From NCBI GenBank assembly GCA_028534125.1, contig CM052837.1, forward strand, positions 620,001 to 684,000: 64,000 nucleotides of DNA, written 5' to 3'. Below, piece by piece: positions 22,621 to 34,600 of this stretch (its first letter is position 1; every line of letters starts with the position of its first letter). The position numbers and the translations under genes are program-made. The notes under the pieces were generated by a model. That model saw only the letters and a list, made by a program, of their open reading frames with translations, did not search any database and had not been told where the DNA came from. The stretch comes from Lama glama (taxonomy: Eukaryota).

Positions 22621-25600
22621 GAGTTGAGCAGTTTCTGTGAGAAGCCAGCCTCGAGCATTTTCCTGCTAGGGACGGAGATGCAGAGGACGCTGTAGTCACT
22701 GGTGCCTGTGAAAGAAATCTCGGGGCTTTGGCTTTCGCTGCTTCTCCCAAGCTTCCGGAATTTAAGTATGCTTTGCTCTTTGGGTAAAGAATGAAGTATA
22801 AGCCTTTAAAATTCTCAAGGTTCTTTTTTTACCTTTGTGCCGAGAGTGTCATAACTTTGAATTATTAGAAGCGAGAGGCCCCACAGAGTCCAAGCTCAAA
22901 GTGTGGAACTGATTGGCTTATTTGTTTAATTATTTGGGCGGTGGGGGAAGTAATTAGTTTTATTTATTTTTAGAGGAAGTACTGGGGATTGAACTCAGGG
23001 CCTCCTGCCTGCTAAGCGTGTGCTCTACCACTGGAGCTGTACCCTCCCCCTTGATTGACTTACATGTTGATAAAAATATTGGGAATGTTCATTGGATGCC
23101 TGTGCGTGCGGTACATCCTGAACGAGGGACAGTCTTTGGCAAGAAGAACTGAATTGATTCACTGATGCTAGTAAGAGGAACCCCTTTGAAGGAGAGTTAT
23201 AGCAGAGAGGGGCGTCTGGGCTCTAGAAAGGCAAGTCACAAAGGAGGTTTTTCAGTCATGAGTCAGGGGCCAGTGGAAAGCATTCCTTCCATTTTTGCAA
23301 CATAGTTGTGTCTGGGAAGAGAGACAGCTATGTTTAGTGTCTGTGTGTTGAGGAGTAAAGAGTTGAAAATTTAGCAGGTGCTCTTTGAATAAACTTAAGT
23401 GTTTTAGACTAATCCAAAATCTCCGTTAGGTCCATTTTCCTTTTTAAGGTTGAGGCGTCAGGGAGGCAGTGTGCAGAAACAGCTGGGGCTGTCATAATGC
23501 ATGAAGTTGTCAGGAGCCGGGAATCCCGAGTTCTCTTCTCAGCTCTTCCCCGGGCGTGTTTTCCCATTGCTCTTTGCCCTTGTTTTAAATTTGTTTTCAA
23601 TGCTAACACAGAGTCTAGGAGCCCAGTTTAAAGGAGTATGACAGGTGAACCAATGCAGGGTGCAGTCCCTTGGGAAGCCTGAGCCATTGTGTGTGACTCT
23701 CAGGTTCCAGGGATCCCCTTGGTACCTGGGGTTCTGGTCTCCCATGGATTTGGGCCTAAAGGGTTTCCCATAAAAATCGCAGGCCTATTTTGATCTCACG
23801 GAGTCTGTTGGTCAGGACTTTGGTCCATAAGTCGAGGCCCTGATGTCCTGTGAGCAGAATCGGTTAGAGAAAGCCCTTCATGTGTGGCTGGTGCAGTCAC
23901 AGGGTTTTGTAAGGCGGAGCTGAGCTGACAGTTGTTGTCCAATCCTGTTGCGTCACTGTGATCACTGTCTTGCCTTAGAGGCTGTTAGGAAATACGAGGG
24001 TGCGGGTGTAGAGGTTGGGGCAAACAAGTTGATTTCCCAGACAGCACCTGGGAAGGAAGTTGCTGACTTTCTGGGATGTGTCAACACAGGCTGGGGAGGA
24101 AAGAGCAGGATGGGCAGGTGCAGAGCTTTGTCAGAGAAAAAGGTACGGATGAATGGCGGGTCCTCTTTTTGAGTGGATGCAGTGCAGGTGTGCACCGGCG
24201 GTGGTGGGTGAAGGTGGCAGAGGAGAGGCTGCTTTATAGTTGGATCTGAGTTTGTGGAGCCAGCAGTGAGGTGGACTTGCCAAAAAGTTAATGAACCTTG
24301 GGCTAAAATAAGCCCAGAGCATGCGTGGGGAGCCCCCAACCCAAGGAGCTGTGCACCCGGCTTTCTGACTCAGGTGCCCGCAGAGTGCCATCCGCTGCCT
24401 GAGGTTTTCCGTGTGTTCCTGTGCTCCAGGCTCAGCATTGTGTACACATCAGTCACAGTGTTTGGTTCGTAGTCCTCCTGACGTGTTGGGGGATGGGGAG
24501 AAAGGGAGCCCCTACCCTGCAGCGTGGGTCACGTGGAGCCAGATCTCCCACTTTTTCACGAGAAGCTGGGAGCCCAGGTTTTTGTATAATGTCCCCTCAT
24601 TTCTCACTGTCGATGGCTAACCTGTTCTGTGGACTGACAGTTTATGGTTTGACTAGAGCTTTGCCTTGAGTTGTGGGCTTCACCCTTTATGGGGGACTCT
24701 GGCAAGCTCTGAAGCAACCAGAATGTTCTGCCAGCCCCACCGTCTGAGGGGCTCGTGCCAGGCTGGTGGTGCTCCACCTGGGGAGGACAAAGAGGGAGAG
24801 AGCCGGGGCGGTGTGGTGTCGGGCTGGGATCCTGGGGTGGCAGAAGCAGGCGGGTCAGCATGAGCAGCAGGGTGCGTGTTCCTCATGATGTGCTGTGTGA
24901 GCCAGTGGGGCAGCCAGGGTCCCCAAGGGAAAGGACTGGACCCGCCCTGGGCTGCAAAGGGGTGTCAGGGGCTCCAAGGTGGTGGGTGCTGTCTGATGAG
25001 GAAGCCACTTGGGCAAATTGTAGCTGCTTCAGTTCAAGTTGATTAAAATGAACCAAAATTAAACATTGAGTTCTTGTTTGTGTTATGTAGACGGTTGGAG
25101 GCATGGCAGGGCTGAGGAGGGACAGTGTATGTCTGTCTGTGTGGGGCAGCTGCACATGCGGGCTCCCTGGTGACCCTGGCAGGATTGAGAGCTGGGAAGT
25201 CTCACAGACGGAGGGGGCAAGTGGGGCCCCGGGTCAAGGTGAGTGGATCAGTGAGCTCTGAGGGCAGCGGTGGGGGCAGGGGGTTTTATCTGTGGGTAAC
25301 AGCTGTTCGAGGAGGTTTCATAGAGTATACAAAGCAGGTAGTCTCTAAATGGCTAAGAATTTGCTTGTTTGGGCTATTTTAAAATAATTGGGTATGTAAG
25401 ATTTGAGTTTGGCTCTGGTGGGCCTTTTGAACTAAGGGTCTCAGCCTGCGTGAAGAAGTAAGTGGCCTGAGGCTGCCTTTGGCTCGTTTGTGTGAGCTGC
25501 CTTTTCTAAAACTTGACCTTGTGCAGAACTTTCCAGTAGGGGCTGGCTGGCAGTCAGCCTGGGTGTTGATGGACTTCTTTCGCTGGGGAGGGGCTGAAGC

Positions 25601-28600
25601 AGGCCAGTGGTGTCCAGCTGCACGTTAAGAACAGCTGGGGATCTTGAACCTACCAGACTCTCCGGCTTTGTTTACAGCTGCCCCCAGGGAGGTGCCACCC
25701 TTGGGAGCCCTGGGCTGGGTGGCCTCCAGATTCTTCTCCAGCTCTTTGTATCTGGTTGTCAAAGGGTGCTGGCTGGCTCCCCGGCAAGGGTAAGCCGTGT
25801 GGACACAGGTCATCACTTGAGTTCTGGCCACCTTTCTATCTGTAAGCATTCATTTTCTGTCCTGGGTGGACTCCTTGTTTTGGAGATGAGAGAGCCTTTC
25901 CCCATCGTGAAAGGGGCAACAGGATATTCAAGCAGGCTGCCACCAGCTCTGAATTGGATTACTAAAGTAAGATTTTAAAGTGTACACTGAAGTGTAGAAA
26001 TGGAGATCTAACCACATAGGGTCCCAGACAGATGAGACGAATCTGTTTTATGTGGATCGTGTCGGGCAAAGGAAAGGTAAGGGGGCGCTTTGGCCAGTGT
26101 CCCTGTTTTTTGTTGAGATTGCACGGGCAGCACCTCTGCTGCAGGGGTGGGTGGGTTATGTGAGCCCCCTTTGAAGGGTCGCTCATCCTTCCCTGTTGAG
26201 CCCTGCAGAGAGGTTTTGTAGGACCACGTGGCCTGCTTTTTGGAACTCCACCTTTAAAGGAGCCATAGGACCAGATCATTCCTGCCACATGCCCTGTGTC
26301 CATCAGGCTGAGAGGCTGGGCACTCAAGGAAGTCCTGAGTGACACATGTCCCAGCCAGGATGGGCGGTCTGCGGAGTTGCTCACTTACTTTTTGACATCT
26401 TTGTTGAGATGTAATTCATGTACTATCATTCACCGTTTAGGATGTGCAGTTTAGGGTTTTTAACATATTCAGAGAGATCTGCAACAGTCGCCACAGTCTA
26501 CTTTGGCATTTCCATCACTGTTAACGTTTTTTGAGACGAGAGTCACAGAAGATTAAGCACCTTAGAGCACACAGTCTGTGGTGTTCAGTGTCTGGCAACC
26601 ACCACTCTCTCTGGTGTCAGAATTTTCTCATCACCCTAGGAAACACGTTGTTCCCCTTAAGTAGTCACCCCCGTCCTGCTCCCACCCAGACGTCCGGCAG
26701 CAGATGAGTGGATACACGTGCGTGGAGCTGTGCCATGGAGGGAAGGAGGTGCTGGCGCGCTGCAGCTCGGTGAGCCCGGACACGACGCTGAACGAGGGGG
26801 CGGCTTGCCGAGGTCCCGCACGTTGGTTCCGCTTACCCGAAACATCCAGAAGAGAGAATCACATTCGCTTTGCGGAGCGTTTCAGAGCCTGACTCTGAGG
26901 GCTCCTGGTCTGGGCGTCCTCTCCCATCCCCCGTCCTTCGCAGGCGGTGATGCTGATGGCACCCACGGGCTTGGGTGAGACCTGGCCCTCTGGCCGTGGG
27001 CCGGGCAGTGGCCACTGTGCCTCTGCCTGCTTCCTGGCCATCCACAGAGGCCCGGGTCCCACCTGCTGACCCGCGGGGAGCTTGCTGCATGTCACCCTCT
27101 TCGGGGCCCTCACCACAGGCCTCTCGGGCTGCCTTTGGCTCTGCCCACAGCTTGATTCCAAAGCGGCTTCATTTTTAGGGATTTGTTAGAGCAGCACCTC
27201 ATTCCTGGTACCGGATTTAGTTAGAAACCTGTGTCAGTCTGTGCCTGTCATGACAAAGGACCACACACTCAGCATCAACAACGCGAGCAGATCGTCTTAC
27301 AGATCTGGGTCAGAAGTCGCACCCAGTCTCACTGTGCTGAAGTCCAGGTGTCAGCAGGGCCGCCTGCCACCCAGCAGCCCTAGGAACAGCCTGTCCCTCC
27401 CACTCAGACTGACTTGGGATTCAAGCACTTCAGTCGTGCTACCCACATGCAGGGTGCACTCTGTCGTTTCCAGCTACCCCCAGTGGAAGCAGAATGATTT
27501 ATTTTCTGCTTTATTTGTTTATTAAAATCATGTGTGTTCTGGTCTCAACAATGCTTAGCAGGACAGTAGCATTTGCTTGTATGCAGTTGGGGTGAAGACA
27601 AGAGGGAACAGGAGAAGTTGATGGAAACACATCTTAGATTCAAAAGATCAGGCTTTCCTTTTTTCATTAGCATTTTGGTAATTCACCAGAGAGCTGAAAT
27701 GATGAATTATGGAGCTCCTCGTGAAGCTGTCCCGGGCTTCTCTGGGCAGTTCCTCTGTGCTTCGCTGCTGCTTCGGACACGTTGCTGCTCCATGACTGCT
27801 TGCTTTACTCCTAAAGACTGTGAGCTCCTAGATGAATGACAAGGGCCTCCCGTGCAGCACAGGGAACTGTGCGATAGATGTAATCACCTGCAGTGAGAAA
27901 GACATGAGCAAGAATAGTCCCTCTGTGGGACACCAGAAACTAACACAATGTTGCCAATCAACTATACTTTAACAAAAAGTAATAAAATTAAAAAATCATA
28001 CGTGTTCAGAAGTGGGCAGGACTTTGAGACTACCCTGCCCCAAGCCCCGATCCTCAGTGGGCTTTGGGGTGCAGGAGCTCCTTTGAAGTGGCATGGTTGT
28101 GCTTGGGTAAGTTGGGGCTGGCCCCAGGCCCCCTCGTTTCTACAATCTGCATTGATACCATCCTGTCAAAAGTCAAATGAAACACTGCCCTAAGTTAAGT
28201 TGGTTTTTTATGTGTGAGTCCTGATTTTTTTTGATAAAGAAAGATTCTCCACCATAGGAGCTCATGATTTTAATTTGCTGTAAGTTAATCTTATTTCAAG
28301 TGTGTGGTAAATGTGGATACACTTAATGCAAGTACACAATGATCCTGTACAGCGCGCTTCGTAGCAAGAGGCTGCAGGGCTCCTTGTCCGCTGGGTGGGT
28401 GATGACGTGTGTGAGGACCGTCGGCCCTGTGTCCACACGCTTCGCGTGAGGTTCCCGGCACATTTTTGGATCTTCCTGCGGCTGTAGCAGTGATGACCTG
28501 GGGTGTGATGTTGTAGGTTCTTTAACTGTCAGTGTCTGAAGAGCCGTAGTTGCCTTTTCAGCTGTTAGCTGTGTGATGCCCAGAGTGGTCGGGGGGCGCT

Positions 28601-31600
28601 CAGGCTGCGCTGCTTCCATCTCCTTCATGAATTTGTCTCTGCCTTTTTCATCCACAAAACCCGGGACCTGGGGGCACAGGTTCTGAGTGCTGCTGCTCTG
28701 GGCCAGGTGGCAGCAGGAGGTGGTGGCGGAGAGCCACCTCTTCCCATGGTGGAGAGGGCAGGCTCCTTTCTTGCAGCGCAGCTCTCTCATCATTAGTTTG
28801 TGCCCAGTGGTCCTTGGTTTGCCCGCATTTAACCTTTGCTTGAGGATCGCGTACGGCTTATCATCCCACCTGGAAAGTAACGGATAAGAGTGGCCCACAA
28901 GCTGGACAATTGAAAAAGAACAAGGGGATGTTTGCCATCCTAGCAAACAGTGCTGATCGTCCCTGTCACTGAGGTCATGGTGGGGGAGGCTGGGCAGGAG
29001 GGCTGAGACCGCGGCCAGTCCGCCTGAGCCCTGCTGACGCCTCGTGTACTTTGTCCCGGCAGCTCCTTCAGTGGCAGAGTGTTCCGAGCCACCTTCCTGA
29101 TGCTGGCTGTGTCCCTGCTGGCCCCCCTGCTTGTAGCCGTGATGCTGCTGGACTCCCCCATAGACCCACAGCCCCTCAGGTGAGCTGCCCCACTGTCCTG
29201 GGCCGGGCGGGTTGGGGCTGCCCAACAAAATAGAATAAACCAGCTGAAACAGCTTCTCGAGTAATAAACCAGCCTGGTCTGAAAGGTAAGTTACCATGAG
29301 AAATAGAGGTTTGTGATTTCTTCAGTGCCTTGTTTGATGTTACACAACACATGCCCAGTATTTTCCATGTTAGTGTTTCAAGGACAAAGCTACAACCCAA
29401 AGCAAAACCCGGAGAAGCCCCAAACAAGAGAAGCCTGAGCGTTAGAGAGGGTTAGCCCGAGCTCCTTCGGAGTAGCAGAAGCACACACAGGTGGCGGTTG
29501 AGTTCCAGTTGCCTTGTTTACTTTTTGTGGTGACTGATGTTTAAAACCTTGTAATTAGTGTTCTCTTCCTCCCAAGTTGCCCCTCATCAGTGGGGTCTGT
29601 GGGAACGTACAGCCCCCGGGACTGAGACGATACTGTGCAGCTCGGGGGCGGGAGTGTATCCACATTTGTACTTACAGTCGTGCAGAGCCAGGCTCTCTTT
29701 GGTGTGAGGATTTATGACATCAGGGCTGTGCAGTCTGGTTCAGTAAGTTCCTGTTTCCTTTGAAACTGCCCAGGTGGCGACGCAGTCTGCAGCCTCCTCT
29801 GAGTTGGCCCATGTCACACTTCAGATAAGAACCCTGCCTCAGTGTGGAGGCAGTATAACATGTACAACTGAACATGTGCTGGTATTTCGTAAGTGAAAGT
29901 GAAGGTTCGTGGTGGATGGTGTGTGGGTGTCCTCTGCGAGGGGCCCCTCTCCAGCCGTCCCCCAGCGTGGAGAAGGATGCAGCTCAGCCTACCCCAAGTA
30001 CCAGCTGACCTTTCTGGGTGACCCAGCCAGCAAGTGGGAGTGTGAATTGCGTCCCCAGCTGTAGGTCAACACCTGGGCTGGGGAGCTGGTCTTGGGAGGA
30101 GGGGAATGGTAGGGTGGCGGACAGGTAAGTATCAGGTAGGGCGGGGAGGGCTGGGTCTTCGTGACCGAAGACCTTTGGTCTCAGTGAAGGGGTGACGAAA
30201 TTCAGGCGGAAGGTGGGTGTGAAGTCCTGACAGGCTAGGGCGGGGCGGGGGCTGCGGAGGATCGGTGGTCCTGCAGAGCCAGCCCATCTGCTGTGAGGAG
30301 GAGCCCAGGGAACTGGTGTGGCCGACGGGCCTCTCCCGCGACCTGAGACCCAGAATGGAGGCAGAGGACTGGCAGGCAGCGTGAGAACAGACACGAGCTG
30401 AGGTGTGAGGAGAGTGCTGCTGTCGGCAGCGGAAAGGCCTTCTTTAAAACTCCCATCAGAGCAGAAAGAGCAAGGGAGGGGGCCCACTGGCTGGGGCCAG
30501 TGCTGCAGTCTCCTCACAGCAGCATGGCGGGGCCTGCCAACCCTGCTGGCCGGGGTGGATGATGTGGGGGCAGGCTGGGTGCGGCTGGTGGGAGTGCCTC
30601 CTTGGGGGTCCATCTCCAGGCCATCTGGGGGATCAGAACAGACAGGCCGGGGCGAGGGCTCCTCCAGAGCAGGTCGGTACGCAGTTGCTGACAGCCCTTG
30701 GGGAGCGGGGGCACCAGGAGGGCTGTGGGTCTTAGTCACCCCCCAACCCCCGCCTCCATTTGCCTGTGGATGGAGAGTGATGAGCTCCTGGAGCCGCTTC
30801 TGCGTGAGGGGAGGGGGTCCAGGCCCCAGAGGGAGGGTGACAGGCAGGAGGCAGGATTGCCCATGTGGGATGATGGAGCCATGGTACCTTCTCTCTTCTC
30901 TGGAGCCTGAAGTGTCCACGCCTCTCCCTCCATCTCAGCTGGACTGGAGTGGCCAGTGAGAGAGGAGGTACCAGGGTGTGAACGAGCCAGTGGGTGAGGA
31001 GGTACCGGGGTGTGAACGGGCCAGTGGGAGAGGAGGTACCGGGGTGTGAACGGGCCAGTGGGTGAGGAGGTACCGGGGTGTGAACGGGCCAGTGGGTGAG
31101 GAGGTACCGGGGTGTGAACGGGNNNNNNNNNNNNNNNNNNNNNNNNNNNNNNNNNNNNNNNNNNNNNNNNNNNNNNNNNNNNNNNNNNNNNNNNNNNNNN
31201 NNNNNNNNNNNNNNNNNNNNNNCTTATTAACGAACGGGGAGTCTGCATGTAGGTCCTTGTAGGTCCTTAGTAAATACTTTCTTTATGTGTTTTTACAGAC
31301 AGATCCCTATAATTGCGTTCTTTTCCAGCTTCAAAGAACCCCCTCTCTTGCTCGGTGTTCTGCAAGCAAACACAAGGTTACGACAGGCGGAACGGCTGTT
31401 TGAAAACCAACTTGTTGGGCCGGAGTCTATAGCAAATATCGGGGGTAAGTAGAGGCCTGGGACCTCGAGCTGACTTGCCCGAGTGGGGAGGCCCGGGCAG
31501 GCTTCCTGGCTGTGGACGTGTGTGTTTGTCCAGCAGACTCGCCGTGGGGCCTCTCGCCTCTCCGAGTTGCAGGCTGTTTCAGTGCTGGGTGATTCTGAGT

Positions 31601-34600
31601 TCACGTCTCTGGAGCACTTTCTTCTGCTCAGATTGTTGGGCCCTTTAAGACGAGAGGAGAGAGAAAAACGCCGACGCTGATGTTTGGTTCACTTGTCAGA
31701 GCTGGGCAGGGGGTGCTTGACGAGACCTTGTTTTCTTGCTCAGATTGTCTCTGTGTAGATTTCACCTGTGAAAAGAACAGGAACTATTCCTCAGTATTTC
31801 TGTTTTTCTTAAAGCTCACTTCGGTGGGTACATTTAAGGGTAACCATCTGCTTCAGGTGCCCAAACCTAAGAACCAGAATGGGGTCTGGTTCTAATTCTG
31901 GAGTCTGCGGCACCTGGAACAGGCCTTCTCTGCCTGTGAGGATGCGACGTGAGCGGAGGGGTCGTAAGAGCAGTCAACGGACAGGCTCTGGACCTGAGTG
32001 GCGGGAGGGCCTCCCAGCGCTTTGCCCTCGAGGCCGAGGCCCTGCAGCGAGAGTGGTCCTGTTGTTCTCGGCAGGTGGGGGCCGCGCTGCAGTGGCCGTT
32101 GCTGTTTGTCTGGCAGAGTCAGAGTTGCCCACGGGGGATGGGCACATCATTCCAGAGCTTCGCGTTTCTCTTAAAGAGGCGTTGATGTTTATTATTTTCC
32201 CAATTGTGTGTTTTGCTAAAAAAATTCAGTATTGATATTTAAAACTGGAACTTTGAGACTTAAAGTGATCTTTTTAAAAGAAGATCTCCCCGAGAATGCT
32301 TTTCTTGTCTTTCCCACTTGGCCTGGAGTCTCATCCTGCTCTGTCCTCAGGCTCCCTTTTCTCTCCTAAAGGAGCTGCATGTCCTCCTGGTGACATTTCT
32401 GGTTCCCTACTGCGGCGTGACGGCTGCTGCCTCGGTTGGGGTGGGGGGGCTGCACGTGGCTGACGGTGGAGGGATGCGCTCACCTCGGGATTCTGGGGGA
32501 GGATCACCCATGAACATCCTTGAGTTATTTTAATCACATGTTACGTTTTAGAGCAGTTTGGATTCACAGCCAAACTGAGGGGAAAGATCGGAGATTTGTT
32601 GAGGATTTTTGCATCTTCGTCCATGAGAGATACTGGTCTGTTTCCTTGAAGTGACTTTACCTGGGTTTGGTACCAGGGCCATGCTGGCTTCGTGGAACGG
32701 GTTGAAAAGCGTTCCCTCTGCTTCTGTTCTCTGGGAGAGACGGTCCCTCCCCTAAGCGTCGGGTGCGGCTCGTCAGTGAGCCTGTCGGCCTGGTGCTGTT
32801 CTTGAGGGTGGTAACCGTTGATTCATTTCTTCAGTGGACGTAGACCTGTTCAAGCTGTCTGCTTCTCGTATGAGTTCTGGCAGATCGTGTCTCTGAAGGA
32901 ATTGGTCCATTTCATCTCCAGTACCAAACTTGTGGACACACACTTGTTCGTGGTGTGCTTTCGTTATCCTCCTGACGTCTGCGGGGTTTGTAGCGATGTT
33001 CCGTCTCCATTGCTGCTGCTGGTAATGACTGTCTTTTCTTTGCTAGCCTGGTCTGGAGATGACGTATTTTATCAATCTTTTCAAAGAACTAGCTTTTAGT
33101 ATTGTTGATTTTCCTCTCTTGATTTCTTGTTTTCAATTTCATTTGATATCTGCTCTAATTTTCATTCTTTCTTTCTTCTGCCTACCTAAGGTTTCAGTTA
33201 CTTTTTCTTTTCCTGGTCTTTTCCTGGAAGCTTGGATAATTGGTTTGAGGTCTGTCTTCTCTTCTGATACAGGCCTTTGATGCTGTCGCCCTCTCTAAGC
33301 GCTGCTTTCTCTGCATCCAGTAGATTTTGACAGGTTGTGTTTCATTTTCATTTAGTTCAGAACTTTTTCTAATTTCCCTTGTGATTTCTTCTTTGACCTG
33401 TGTGTTATTTAGAAGCGTGAGTTGTTTAATCTCTAAGTATTTGGGATTTTCTTGCTCTTTCTGTTTCTGACTTCTAGTTTAATTTCGTTTTGGTCTGAGA
33501 GCAGACATTGTATGATTTCTGTTTTTTTAATTTGTTAAGGTGTGTGACACAGAACATGGTCCGTCTTGGTGAACGTCCCACGTGAGCTTGAGAAGGATAG
33601 GTGTTCCGCTGTTGCTGGCATGAGGTGGTGGAAGGGTGACAGTTATGTCCAGTTAGCCCATGGTGCTGGTGGTCCCACGGTGTCCTTCCCGACTCCGTCT
33701 GCGGGAGCTGTCCGCTGCTGGGGGCCCCGCCTCCGTCTCCTGCGGCTCTGCCAGCTCTGCCTCCTGTTCTTCGGTGATTGCTGTGAGGCGCACACGTGTT
33801 GGGCTGCCGGTTCTTCTCCGCAGCTGGTGCTTTGTCGTGAGTGCTGGCCCCCTTCCTCCCGATGGTTCCCTTAGCTCTGCTCTGCGCCGCCCGCGGCCAG
33901 CAGGGCACTCCAGCTTCCTCTTGGCTGGTGTGAGCGCGGTGCAGCTTGCTCTAGCCCTGCAGCTCAGATCTGCGTGTGTCTGTTTAAAGAGGGTTTCTGG
34001 TGGGCCGCCTGTAGTTGGGCCTTGCTTTTTGATGCACTCTGACCGTCTGTCTTTTAATTGGGGTATTTATACCATTGACATTTAAAATGATAACTGATAC
34101 CCAGCTGATCCCTGAATAGCTCAGGTTTGAGCTGTGTGGGCCCACTTATTCACGGGATTTTTCAATAAGTTCTGCCACACTACTTGATTCGCAGTTGCTA
34201 AAATCAGGTGCGGAAACCCGCGGATGTGAGGTCTGACCGTAAAGTTATACACTGACTTCCAAACTGTGCAGAGGTCGACACCTCAGCCCCCAGGTTGTTC
34301 AGGGGTCAGCTGTGGTTGGATTAGTGTCTGCCATATTTGTTACTGTTTTCTTTTCATTGTCTTTGTTTTCTTGTTCCTTACTTTCTCTTCCACTCTTTCT
34401 GACTTGAGCCGTTTCAGTTGAGCATCTTACGATTCTGTTTTCTTTCTTAACATATCAGGTATACTCACTTTAAAAACTTCTGTTAGTGGTGGCCCTGGAG
34501 TTTGCCACACACATTAGAAACGAGGAGCATTTCATGAGCTTGCGAGTCACCGCAGTCTCTGGGTGGTCCCAGCACTGCTGTCTGTGCAGCTCAGGTGAGC

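Noticed and set aside
22970-23050. tRNA gene (also at 44600-44664 and 58257-58330)
   Set aside because: A/B boxes are present, but an A-rich tail, a target-site duplication and degenerate stems indicate a SINE.
30951-31122. CRISPR-like array (34-bp repeats), and likewise 13353-13583
   Set aside because: Units are head-to-tail with no unique spacers, there are no cas genes, and the context is a eukaryotic intron. These are minisatellites.
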